From Tubiluchus corallicola (Eukaryota; Animalia; Priapulida), in NCBI GenBank assembly GCA_030141605.1, contig JAQGDQ010000176.1, positions 380,384 through 444,383 of the forward strand: a stretch of DNA of 64,000 bases, written 5' to 3'. The notes under the pieces were generated by a model. The model worked only from the letters and a program-made list of their open reading frames with translations. It did not search any database and was not told where the DNA came from. The position numbers and the translations under genes were made by a program. Shown in pieces: positions 13,990 to 27,203 of the stretch. The first letter of the stretch is position 1. Each line of letters begins with the position of its first letter.

Positions 13990-14850
13990 ACCTCTACTGA
14001 GTTCTCTCTAAAGCATTTTTAAGAGTAACATACTGTGATGGCCAAACAACGCACACATATTCCAGTATTGATCTAACTACAGCTTCATAAAGAGGAACAA
14101 TAACTTTTGCACTATGTAACGAAATACAGCATTTTATCATTCCAATGCGCCTATTGGCCTGAGAAATAATATGCTCAATATGTGAATTCTACTTCAGGTT
14201 GTTTGAGATTAACACACCCAAATCACGTACAACTGATTTTTCTTCAATAACAGCATCTCTCAGATAATAAAGTGTTGCAGAATTAGAAATAATACGAAGT
14301 GAGGTGCATTTACTACGTTTGAGGGACATTAACCAGTTGTCACACCACAGCTCAATTTCGGCAGAGAAGGGTCATCAAAGAAAAGGGACCAGTCATTTAG
14401 GCATTCAAGAAGATTTGTTACTGTGGATTGTTGTCGTAATGAGCCGAGTTGATTATTACTGAATTGGCCAGAAGATAGCAGGAATTTTAGTATATCGTCC
14501 CACAAAAGAGATTCGAGACAACAGAAGATAGAGGAATAGGGCGTAATTCGTCACATGTCAAGTTGGTGTTAGGGATAGGGATAGGCGTAGGGATACGGGC
14601 AACATTACAATCGAACCAGTCTTGAGGGACTATAGCACACTCCAAGGATTTGCGAGGCACATGATTTCAATATAAAACTGTGAACATTGTCAGGACCAAC
14701 AGCTTTAAAAAGGTTTAAGTTTGAAAAGCTTATCATAGACATCATTCACAGTAAATTCAATGTAGAAAATACTATCATTATTCCAAGACAAGGGAGTTGG
14801 TAAGGGACCATCATCAGGTTCATTAGTGAAGTAATCTTGAACTACCTAAA
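13990..14850 (-). mobile_element. Decayed CR1-like LINE reverse transcriptase fragment
   Basis: Frameshifted minus-strand remnants KAVGPDNVHSFILKSCA, VPQDW, LRPIPLSSV, WCDNWLMSLKRSKC, HIEHIISQANRRIGMI and LYEAVVRSILEYVCVVW. Confidence 0.8.
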
Positions 14851-14899
14851 TTTGTTTTCAAATTTAAACATAATCTACTTCCTGAAATATTTTCTATTA

Positions 14900-15765
14900 T
14901 GTATACACCACTGATATACACCAATATAACACAAGATCTGCAAAAAGAAATGCTTTTTTGTAAACAGGTTTGCAACCAGTAGAGACCAATGTTCGCCTAA
15001 ATACAAAGGTGTTGTACTATGGAACTCTCTTTCACGAGACCTATTACCAGGCACATTGTTTACTTTTCAAAAACAATACAAAAACTACTAACGAAATACG
15101 ATTAAGATTGTGAATTATATTTGTCTCTGTGTCTTGGTTTATAACTTCAACAGAAAACCCCCTTTCACATGATAAAATGTCTATTGTTCTGACTATCTTT
15201 TTTTTGATGCAGCTGTTTCGTTCCAGTATATTCTGCTTGATGTTTATGAGATGTTGACTCGATGCTAGACACGGTACAGGTAAATTTATACAAAGTATCT
15301 TTTAAAGTAATACAATTTAGTTGATTAATTGTATTTACAATTTTTTTTGTTAAGGTTGTGCATGTTGTTTGTTTTTTTACATAATTATTGTAAACTGATA
15401 ATTATAACAGCATGATGGAATGTTTTCTATATTCTCGTTTTATATAGAAATATATATCTGATGATATAATGATATTAATTAAATAAATATATATATAAGA
15501 TAATTAATTCATACCTATTTTTCTTTGTATTGTTTACGTGTTACTAAACTTTGTATACGTGTTACCAAACTAGCGGTTGTACTATAGCTATCTTTGTAAT
15601 TTTAATTAGTAATTTATACTGTGTTTAGAGTAACTTTATTTTATTAGAAAATTTGTAAAATTTATACTTATGCTAATGTTGTACCTGCAAATAGAGGTTT
15701 TATTAATAAAGATTGTAAATAAATTTGTATTGTTATTGGGATGAAAAATAAATGATTTGATTTGA
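14900..15765 (+). mobile_element. 3' end of a Crack/L2-like LINE with 3' UTR and tail
   Basis: Remnant HQYNTRS...KYKGVVLWNSL...FQKQYK followed by an AT-rich UTR ending aataaatgatttgatttga. Confidence 0.6.
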
Positions 15766-16071
15766 AGAATCAAGAAAGAAGTAAAGGAATCATTAATAGT
15801 ATTAGCAACCATGATAGGATCAGAAATAACATGTTGATGATCATTAATAGTAGTAATACTAATAGTAATAGTAATACTAATACGATTAGGAGGTTTTGAG
15901 GAAGTGTTTACTATAACGTAAAACTCTTTACCATTCTTACTTAGTCTATTTGTACATTATTTTGTATATTTCAGCATTGTACTTTCACAGACTTTCAATT
16001 TCAAGAGTGTTGAGACCTAACTTCATTTCTGCCGCCTCTATTAATTTTATAATTATTAGCATTATTCTCAC

Positions 16072-16281
16072 CAGTTAATAAAATAGTCTGAAAACTTGAA
16101 GCATGCAGCGACTGTAAGTCACGGAAGAGTTACTGCGCCAAAAACACAGCGTCTTTATATCGACGATCCCAAATCGATCGCGCCAATGGCGGGAAGATAA
16201 AAAGAGTACTTTCTGTTAAAGAAATTAAAGAAAATTATCCATTAATTTGAAATGCGTTTATGATATTGAATAATTTTTAAA
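16072..16281. promoter_or_regulatory. Promoter of the kelch gene, probably bidirectional with ZUP1
   Basis: Local CpG enrichment; ETS CGGAAG at 16122, CCAAT at 16183 and E2F-like TGGCGGGAA at 16187; minus-strand donor CTG|GTGAGA at 16072/16071 pointing toward ZUP1. Confidence 0.5.
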
Positions 16282-19200
16282 ATGGGAAACGAAAATTCAG
16301 CTTCAGTGAGCACACTAACAAGAGGTTTAATTAATTCAGTTTTTCTTAGTTTTACGTATGTATGTCTGTGTTGTTTTTGTTAGTAAGTGTTGCCAGTGTA
16401 TTTAAGGGCGCATACATTACGGCGCCCTATGGTGGTAGTTCAGTTGCGCCCATTCCAACTACGGTTGTTTATATTTGAGACGTATTTTACAGTTGCTTGA
16501 GCTGTTATTGCTATATTAGTAAGACTACTAGAAGCAGGAAGGATTAACTTCGTGTTGGTTATTAATTAAATAGCATTTGCATTTTGTGCAAGCTATCCAG
16601 CTGTTGTGATGTAGTATCTTTTATGTATTAATTGTGCAAGCTATACTTGTTTGTTATATAGCACTTATGTAAAATTGGTTTTGGTAATTGCTTGTGGTAC
16701 ATTACAAGGTTGCATTAGATGTGTGTCACATGCATTTTAAGTCTCACACGCACATCAAATTTGAGTTCTCTCATATTCTGTAACTTCACTTGCAAGTTTG
16801 CAAATCCACCTGGCTTTCCTTGCCATTGGTACCACCCACAACGCAATTAGCAGTAATCTCAATAATACAGTATCTATAGTTTTCATGAGTTTCACAATGT
16901 ATATCGGCAAAAATGCGTGAGGAGCTTTTCCCGTTTACTCCTGATTAAAAGATTAATAGATAGCAATAGTAGCTAATTAGAGCAAAGTTATAACGTTTGA
17001 AAGTTTATCTGTGCTAAAAAACAAATATCATCAACGAAGTGTGCCAGGACGAGGGAAAAAACCTAAAAAGCAACCAATAGTGCCACTTCATGAATGTTTT
17101 CTCGCTTTGCCGGGAGATGCTGGTACAGCAAATCCTCTGTTGTCAAGATTAAACGCCTCTTCTAGCATGTGCTATAAATCGTTTTATATATGTAATGGCT
17201 ATATCTCGATTACAATAAAAAATGTGATAACTCAGAAAAAATCAGAATGGAAGAAAAGTGTTGAAGATAATATTGTTGAGTTGAGTGTTGAGATACATCA
17301 ACTCAAAATGTCATCTTGAAGTAACAGATAGTACAAAACTAAGATTTTTGCACACTACAGAATGGAAATTCAGAGAGGAAAACAAGCGAGGAATATCCGA
17401 TGAGATTAAAGTGTCGGTAGGTGATATATGTAGCAACGATATACATAAACTCCAAAGTGTGACAAAATATGTTGAAATATGTATGATGAAGCGAAAAAAA
17501 AATTGGTGAAGACCTGAATTAAAAAAAGAAGTCGGCAGTAAAAAAGAAACATGAAAGTATGATGCCAAAGTACAGTGAAATTTGATGTTGCAAACTAAGA
17601 AGAATTTGCTCATCTATTGATGAAATGTATCTAGTGGAATCACAGGATGTCTTGCATGAGCATACAAAAGTGGAGCTACATTTTACCAGTCTAGACATGT
17701 ATAAAATTGCTCTGTATTAAATGTATTAAATTTATTCTCTTTTAGGTATCCCTGTTCAAAATGATATACAAATCACTTGGAAAAAATTAAACAATGTATG
17801 CCCAGGTAGGCACAGTCATTCTTTGTGTTGTGTTGGTGAATCAGTTTACCTTTTTGGTGGAGTTGTTAAAACAAAGACCTCTGTTGAAGAGTCATCAGAT
17901 ATCTTTCAGCTAGACATAGGTAAAAAAAGTTATGTTTGCAATTGTAATTCACACATGTAACCAATTTTGCAAGTTCGTTTGCATAATATTTTTGTAATTT
18001 ATTTAGATTATAATTGTGCTGAGTTATTTTAGATTTGCAAAATGTAATATATTCTTAATGTAATAACTTCTGATGGTATGACTAAAATTTTAGGAAAATG
18101 TTTGGCTGCTCACAGAATAGCTGTAACATAATAACAACAAACAACACAACAAAACCACCAACAAACCACTTATTGACTAAGCACTTAAAAATGGCTAACA
18201 GTTTTAGAACAGCTGCTAATTTATGTGTTATTACAAAATGGCCAAAGATTTTTTATTTTAAGAATCAGGTGATTGGAAAATCATTCCTGTTGCTGGAGGA
18301 AACAAGCCAGCACCTAGAACTGCGTGCACGGTATCTACTATTGGCAATAAAATTTACATTTTTGGAGGAATGAATCATGTGAAAGGATGGCTTAATGATT
18401 TTCACATTTTCGATCTTGGTGGGTATTGATATTTTATAAAAGATAAAACCTTTCACCATGTAAAAGGTATTTTGGAGTAAAGATAAAATAATCAGTGAAC
18501 TTCCACTAAGTTTTCGAGATGGATTCTTGAATTATTCATTGACAAGATAGTGCAAAGTGGTCAAATACAACATTATTAAATTGTTGTTTAGAATCTTGAT
18601 GCATATTTATATTTAAAATTATGTTTGTAGGATTGTTAAGTAAATGCTATGCATTCGAATTGTTTAAAAAGTGCATTACCCTAAGACAGTATATGAGTTA
18701 CAGCAGGCGCCGTTTATCAGACTCATGGTTATTAGAATCAGTTGCCTAAGTAACTCTAAAGCACCTGATAAGTGCCGCTTCTATTCACATGTATGTAAAA
18801 TCTGCCGATAATAGACTCAAATAACTCCGCATGATTGACTCAATATGTCTTCTTCACTTTTTGACTTTTTTGCTTTTGTGTCACCTTAATTAGCTTTTGT
18901 GCTCTAACATATGTAGAAACAGTCTAAATACTGTTTTGTTTCTAAGCAGGAACGTTTATCATACGCTAATATGCTAGCCTAGCGGTTTTGCTTTGACCTG
19001 CACGTCCGCTGCAGTTAACCTCATTACCCAAGAATTTCTGGAAGCTAAACTATTAATCACTTGCCTAGCATTTGCTTTTGAAACTCTCGTTGCCTTTCAC
19101 AGAATGTTTAATCAGCTAGCAGTTGCTGTTATCCCAGGGATGCAGGTATAGTACAATAAAGTGTTGCAAAGTTGTGGGTAGATTAGCGTGCAAACTCAAA

Positions 19201-22200
19201 TGCTTGGATGACCGCAGGCCAAGCACTGTTTTATGAGAATTAGTAAATTAAACTTTTTTGATTTCTTTTTTTATTAATTCAATTTAGATATTAATGTTTT
19301 TAAATAACTGTATAGGAATTTAGGCATTAATTCATGTCTAAAATTCATTAAAAGCCTTTGCAGTGCATGATTGAGTTGATGATTCATACTTCTATATTAG
19401 TAATACTACACCTTGTAGATTAATTGGGTCAAAACACTTCCGTCCCAAAGTAAATCTGCTAAGAGGCACCTATTGTATAATTAAAATGGTATCAGTAAAA
19501 AAACATTAAAATTTTTCTTTATAGAAACAAAACGATGGACATCATTGGACAACGAGGGTGGTCCATCAGACAGAGACAAATTGACATCTGCATCTATTGG
19601 AAACAAAATTTACTTCTTTGGAGGGTTTGGTCCAAAGCAGTTGGATTTGTCTTTATCAGAAGCAGAGTCTTTTGCAAATGGGGGTGACATCATTGATGAA
19701 GATGATGAAAATGAGGAGTGGGAAGAAGAGGATGCTCCTATGGCTGAGTTTGGATGGTTTAATAGCATGTTTGTTTATGATACAGGTTTGTTGCATTTAT
19801 TTTTACCATATAGTATTTTGCAATGTGTGTGAAGTATTGAAAATATTAAAATTTGATAAACGTTTTGATCTCTGTTGTGAGTTATGTAGTTTATTTGGTA
19901 AAGTGCTGAATTTTTAAACTTGTTCATTTATTCTAAATCATCTATGTTTATTTTCAAGAACTCTTACCAAAGCTGCTGAAAAATTTTCACATTCATGTAC
20001 AACTCTTTATAGAGCTCAAATCTAAATAAAAGAGATGTACTAGTTGCTTGTTGCTATTGTTTTCGGCTTTTTATGAATTGCAAATTTTTATGGTGTTTCT
20101 GCTTTTTGAAACTTATCCTCTTATTGCAGTTAGCTGTTTATTTTTTCTGTAGAGTCATGTAAGTGGTCAACGGTGCTAAAAGAAGAAGGTACACCTGCTC
20201 CAAGAGCTGGTCATTCAATGTGCGCTGTCGATAAATACTTGATTGTGTTTGGAGGAAGAGATCCTTACACTAGGCAAAATGACATTCACATATTTGACAC
20301 AGGTTGAAATTAATTTATGGCAGTTTACAAGTTAGAATATGAAACTTAATTTGTGAATCTTTAACATGAAACTGTGCATCGCTCTTGCAATAAAACTTTT
20401 TAGCACTAGTTTTAAAATTATTAGTTTTTGTTATTTGCATTATGGGCTGATGTCTTGTAAGGTCCTTGAATCTTATACAAAATAGGAGCTTGAAGTTTTT
20501 ATTAAGAATTATCAATTGTTTTGCATTAAAACAAAAACTATATGTTCGTAAATAACATTTTTGTATTAAACAATAACGGTCACTGACAGTTAATATTTAT
20601 AGAGACTAAACAATGTGTAACTGTAATATCTGAATGTTTTTTATGTTCTGAAATTTGACGCCTTTTATGCTTAACTACTATGTCTTTGCAACAGCATTTG
20701 CATAAATTGCGTAATAAAACTTTCCTAACACTAGCTGTAAAGTATTGGTTTTTGTCATTTGAGTTACTTGGCTGATGTAGTGCAAGATCCTTGATTCTAG
20801 AAAAATGCGCAAAAGGGAATAAACTTCAGAATGCAAAACTTTTAGATGTTCCAACTGTGATGGCTTTTTAAACATTAACTGCATATGACTTGTTTTAGTG
20901 TATTGTTATTGTCTATTTGGATTTTTTCAGATATGTATAACTATAAAATGCTATTTTTTAACGTAGTTTCCGTAGTGAGGACTAGCTTTTTGGCATATGC
21001 TTGTGTTGAGAAATTCACCAATATGGCATATTCTCAAGGCATAGTGTCTTTACTTTATAACAACCTTGTTACCTGAAGCTACCCTGGCAAACTGATTGCA
21101 CTTCACTAATGAGTGAACACGCACCTATTTTCTTGAAATGAGTTTCTTAATAGGCCACTTAATTATTCATGCTAGTTAGGCTTCCTTCTTAGTCTGAACT
21201 GGGCCAATTGTATTGAGTTAGCATAGTGTCTCTAGCCCAGTGCTATGTTACCTCCAATGTTCTTTATTGAGGATAATCTATAGGCTCAGTTTATAAGGTA
21301 CATTATGACTCTACCTTGTCTTTTAATGTGATAAAACATTTATTGTATAAATATGTGATGCATAGTTCTCATTACATTATGTAGTGACCCGTATGTACTA
21401 AAACGTAGGCTGTTTAGCATAATAATGTAGTAGGACTTATTTTCTCTTTTTACTAAAGTAACTACTGTCCTATATATATATAGGATAGTAGTTACTTCAG
21501 ATATTACTTAGATATATATATCTTTGTCATTGTTTTATTGTATGTACCACGTGAACATAATATTTATGACAACTAACCACTTTTCCAGCACCATATTACT
21601 AACAATAACGTTCACGTGAAATAATATCTTAGATTTTTTATTAGATTCAATGAAGTGGATCTTTCCATTGATTCCTTTGGGATTACTACCAGAAGCTCGT
21701 TCATTTCATTCAGCTGCTGTGTGTGGACGCAGGATGATGGTCTTCGGTGGTCGCAATGCTGAAAACATTCATATGAATGATTTGCACATTTTTGACTTAG
21801 GTATACTTACGTTGTTAAATGCACCATCCTTGAGTTCCAAATAGGAAGCGGTTTATTTGTCGTTAACTTGTACTATATTATATATATTTGTAAGTGTTCT
21901 TACTCTCTTTAGAGATAGCATTGAATGCTTTTTATGCTATCTTGGCAAAGGTAGTGTTACAAACTATTCTATAAATGTCACATATTGTAGTATTGGAGAA
22001 TTATATTATCGAGAGGCATATTAATACATGATTGAAGTGTATGTACTCATAGTATAATAAAGTAGTTCTTAGCTCTGGGCATCCTTACTCTGCATTGTTC
22101 CATTACTTTAAAATCTATCTTGCTAATGATTGCTTAGATAAGCATTCGTTACTTTCCTGAGTTGTGTAATCCATTCAAGTAGCTTAATCAGAAATATGAA

Positions 22201-24761
22201 TTTTTTTAAAATGATGATCCCTTTGAGTATAAAACAACAGCTTATTTTGGACTTCCATTTAAGTAGTGCAAAATGCTACTAAAATGGCGATTCATTTAAG
22301 CGTGAACGAACAACTTGGTGATAATCATTAACTGCCATTTACTGCGTTAAAGTGTGCAGTTACAGTTGCTGTTTTTCGTTGTTTACTATTTGAAATTTGA
22401 AGACTAAGAGCAGTTGCATTCGAGTTTAAGAAAGTTATCATTGTATTTTCATTGGCTTTGGAAGCATTTTTTAATACACAGTTACGCATCCTGTCGCTAA
22501 ATTTGTCACAACTTTGCTATCCACTACTTGACCCTACTATCATCAATAATCTGCTGAGATTTTATGAAGCTGCAGCAGGCATAAAATCTACAAATTTATT
22601 TATTATTTTAGTAGAAACTAGTCTTAATTTTAAACTCTCATTTTTGTTGACAGGATGATTGAATTACAATTTCCTGGCATTCTAAATTGTTTTGCATTCA
22701 CTGAAAACATGTTTAAAATTGATTATAGATACAAGGCAGTGGTTGCAGCCATCTATAGTTGGAGAACACCCAGAACCAATGGGTATGCATGCTATCACGG
22801 CAACGACAAAGAATGTAATTGTCTTCGGTGGGGCATCTAACATAGATCCAGATTCTCAACAGTGCACAAAGTTTCATGGAAATACCTTTTTAATTAAAAC
22901 TGGTACTTAACAGTAACGTACTAAAGCAAAGTCAATCATTTTCCAATATTTTACGTGTGTGGTTTGAGCTAATTTTTCGTATCATGGTGTTTTTAGTGGT
23001 TTTGTACTTTAGTACTACAGTAGATTTGTACTTTTCTACTGTAGTATAAACAGGAATAAAGTGTGCACAAATTTGTGAAAATTGATTTTCTAACACTACC
23101 TCACAGCAACTGAGTTGATTTTTTGGTTAATGAGTTGATTTTAACTAAAATTCATAAAGAATGATAAGAAATAGATTTGACTGACAACATGTATCAATCG
23201 ATTTCATTTTGCCATCTGAAACAAATTTTTCTGAATGAATTTAACTTCATAGTAACCTGTTAATAAGCCCTCGATATTTATAGGTTATTATGCACATTTA
23301 CACCATTCTTAAACTTGAAATCCAATTTTTTTATAAGGACAGCATATGATACCATGTCTTCTCATCTATAAATGACCAATATATTTCTATTTAGAATTAG
23401 CAGTACAGCAATTCTTTTGCTGTTTTTGAAGTCCATTTCTACTCTTTGATATTCTCCTCCAACAAGTGACTGCAAGAAAATGGCATATTTTATTGCAAGC
23501 AATTTATGCTTTTATTAATAGAAGTAGGGTTAAGGTACACAAATGAAAAGCTTCACTTTGTCGAAGCAAACCCGAATATATAATAACAATATATGAATAA
23601 AATCTTGCAATAGAAAAACTTCTTTAACAAGCAGCAAGGTTTTGACTATACACTGGTAATTATCAATGATGTAGCTGAGCTGATGTTACAGCTGAAACAC
23701 TGCTTAACATTCAGCTGAAACAGTGCATCGTATAAACAAAGATAATTATTTCTGGATATTTTTAATACAAGTTTTTTATTTTTATTTTTTTCTGTTTGCT
23801 GACTCTTTAGAAGTTTAGGCAGTGACAGGCCACAAATTTAATTCAGCATATACTGTATGCAATAAAGTTCCCATTATAAGCAAAATGAAAGTGTTTACAT
23901 TTTACAATGTTATTGTAATACCATTCTGATTTCTTATGTGGTAGACGCAAAAAACTTGCCTTTCACTTTCTTTTCCTTTCAAGGCTTAATGGCATTACTA
24001 AGCTTATTTATATCTAGGTTCATATACGAGTTTTATCAGCCTAGAAATTATGTACTGTAATTTAAAATACAACCTACCACAGAATCTTCTACAATATGGT
24101 ACAAAAACTAATGTATTGTTGAATGTAAATTTGTTTTTAGCATAATGTGAAAGGAGTTTTGCAGAAAATAATACTGATCACATTGAAATAAATATTTGTA
24201 AGCTAGGTTAAGTACATAATTTATCTGCAGGTATGTTCGAGTGACAGTAGTGTGACATATTAATTTATTTGCATCGTACGCTGTCTGTATGATTCCTCAT
24301 AAACTATTATTATTGTTATTATTATTATTATTATTATGCATGGGCATTTTCATACTAACTTGACATTTTAAGGTTGCAGCTTATTCTTGTGTTTTATGGT
24401 ACAAGATTGATTCCTGAACTCCTAGAAAACAGTTTTGTTGAGAATATATAACAGAAAATTGTGCATGTCATTCATTCACACATTGAGTATTCTCAGCATC
24501 AAACAAACATACTAAACTGCTTTATGTTCTATATATAAATCTCTAAGGTGGAACAGAAGTATGTTATCATTAAAACTGCTAACCCTACAGGTAAATACCG
24601 GCAGATGTACTTTAAAAATGATAGTACTAGTGAGTGGGGATTTGCAGTTCTTCGGTTTGTTTTTCTCTGTTTTTTTATGTTTGTACTTTTTGATTACAGA
24701 GGACATATTAAATGGAGGCGCTATTAAACCTTCTGCGGGTGGAGATGTTGAGGCACAGTAA
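16282..24761 (+). CDS. Kelch-repeat beta-propeller protein, KLHDC1/KLHDC2-like (Rab9 effector p40-like family), predicted N-myristoylated
   Basis: Exons 16282-16324, 17746-17919, 18263-18418, 19525-19785, 20153-20302, 21645-21800, 22729-22902 and 24700-24761, with all introns phase 1 GT-AG. Six kelch repeats with FGG motifs (YLFGG, YIFGG, YFFGG, IVFGG, MVFGG, IVFGG). Starts MGNENS; AATAAA at 24895. Confidence 0.88.
18701..19175 (+). mobile_element. pogo/Tigger-like non-autonomous DNA element, partial, in a kelch-gene intron
   Basis: Begins ta|cagcaggcgccgtttatcaga; diverged inverted copy of 253-751. Confidence 0.75.
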
Positions 24762-27203
24762 AAGACTCATTATTAGCAACTGTAAGTAGGAAAACCACAT
24801 CATGAAATGGGTGTGCTTTGTAGAAACATTTCCTTGTTTTGAACATCCAAAATGTACTGCTTCCTGTACCATTTTGTGGATCTATTTCCTCAGTAATAAA
24901 AAAATGTGCAGGTATTAAAGGAAAAAATTATAGATCTTAACTAGTTTTAACTTTCCTAGTCCCATTAATGTCCAGAAACATGTTTCCTTGTTTTTTGCCT
25001 CAAACCCAATTAATGCTTCATTTTTAATTGTAACTGAATAGGATAACTAATTACTTTTGATTATTTTTTGAGAATCTTTTTGACAAAAAAGTTGCTTTAG
25101 AACATTATGCTTTTTGTGTTGATCGCGTCACGATCAATAATTATCAATAAGTATGCAGCATTCGTGTTAAATGTGACGGTTTGGTATGATTATCCAGTTT
25201 ATCTACAGTTGTACAGCAGTCGCAGCTTAGTAAAAACATGGATAATAAAACCAGCCACAAATCTTAAAGCCAGTTAGGCATGGTCCAGTTTTACCCCTTG
25301 ACAATCTATTATTAAGAAAATTCTATTAGTAAAAACCAGTGTGCTGTTTAACACGACCACGTTTTTCATTAATAGGTGACAAATGTAAAAATAAAATATA
25401 TTTCTAATGGTTTGTCTATTTTTAAGATGCGCAGTTAAAATAAATTTAAGTCACATTTCCTAATTTCACCTCTTCTTAGTCAGAGTCACATTTGGTGAAA
25501 GTTAAACTCGATTGTTTGATCATATCTGTTGTAAATGTACAACTGCTAAAATACATTTTAGTCGATTGAATGAACTTGATTCACTATTGTATGCTTGAGT
25601 CATTCTATAGGCATAGGCATGCATGTGAGCTGGCTGCCCCATGTTTAATTTTCATACAATGTTAATTAGGGTGAGGCATTTACATACTGTATAATTTGCC
25701 AAATACATGCACTCTTAACATGCAGCTGCATAATAATAAAACCTTTGTTTATTAAGACCACTTATTGCTGGACCCTTGGTCGTTTTATTGAGTGGCAACT
25801 ACTGTATCATGTTTACTAAAATTGTGAGGTGCACCTCTTTATTGTTTTCCTTCAAAGTTTGAGGAAATTATAACTACAACTAGCAGAATGACCAGCTAAT
25901 GAAGAATTATGAATGGCACCAAATTTTTAAAGGAAATGCAATTTCAAATGTGGTGTAAGAAAATACTATTAGATTCTTCTTGAAACTTCAGTTGTTATCT
26001 TTTGCATCAGAAATTGAGAAGCATTCCACTGCATTTACGGCAACCCTGTGTGTAAAGACTAGTCAAGCATAGAATTTTAGGTATAACCTTCTTTTCCCCT
26101 TTATGTCGCCAATGCAAATAGTAGCCCTTGTGACATAAACTTCTTGATCATCTGTTTCATGAATTGTTAGCTCAGCACTCACTTACTATGGACAGTCAAG
26201 TTTATGGTATAACCTACGTAAAATTTGTGATCTTTGATTTGTAAAAGTTTCGTTATGCACCCACAAGTCCAGCTTGATTTCGACAGCCGTAATCTGGTCT
26301 TTCTATTATAAAACTTAGCTTAATTAGTCATAATTTACTTGTTCGTACAATATTATATTAATAGTGAAACATAAGAGCTAGATAAGTGAAACATATTACG
26401 TTCTGGTATCATTTAGCCATTTCATAGAAGTGCTTAAAGAATGTTAAAGTTGTTTAAAAATGGCACAGACTTAAAAATTATAATTTGATAATCAGATTAA
26501 TTAATATTAATCTGAAAATTGTCTTTAATGTAGTAACAGCAATACTATGAAGTGCAAGATCCTGTTAAAGTATGTTAAGGCTAATAACTTGAACATGAAA
26601 GAAGAAAATTAATACAGAGAATACTTATAATATTATTATACAAAAAAATAAAGATTATATTTATCTATGGTCATGTATTAAGTAACTCATTGATCGATCA
26701 TCTTGTAATAGTTTTATGCCTCTTGAACTGAAAACAAAGTATGAATAGTAGTAATGTGTTACTTACTAAAAGCCACATAGCTTATTGGAGTAGTTGGATA
26801 AGTGTTGGAGACACAGACATTCTTTCCAAATTATTTCTTGCTACATTTTCTTCTGAAATTTCATTTTACTTTCGTTGAGTGAAGGTAGTTTCATGAAAGT
26901 GTAGAATATTTTTCGAGATTTTTTTTTTCTTCATTTAGCGGTGATGATTGTTGCTTTCACTATTTTGTTACAAAGTTTATCTGCATGTATTTTACGTGTT
27001 CATGTAAATGTATCGGACGATTATGCTTTTGTGTGACAGATGGCGCTAAATACAAGTCACGTGTTGTTTGTGGCTAAGGACTAAACGGTTAAGCCGACAA
27101 CTGATAAGTTGGTCTTTTTGGAGGCCGTTTGCTGTAGGACCGGTCGAGGGTTGCATTTTGCTTGCACATGCAGTTAGACCTAGTTTAAAAATTATAAAGC
27201 AAC

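Noticed and set aside
17011-17640. Purine-rich ORF fragments in kelch intron 1
   Set aside because: Frameshifted, no clean splice sites and no recognisable family; possibly old transposase debris.
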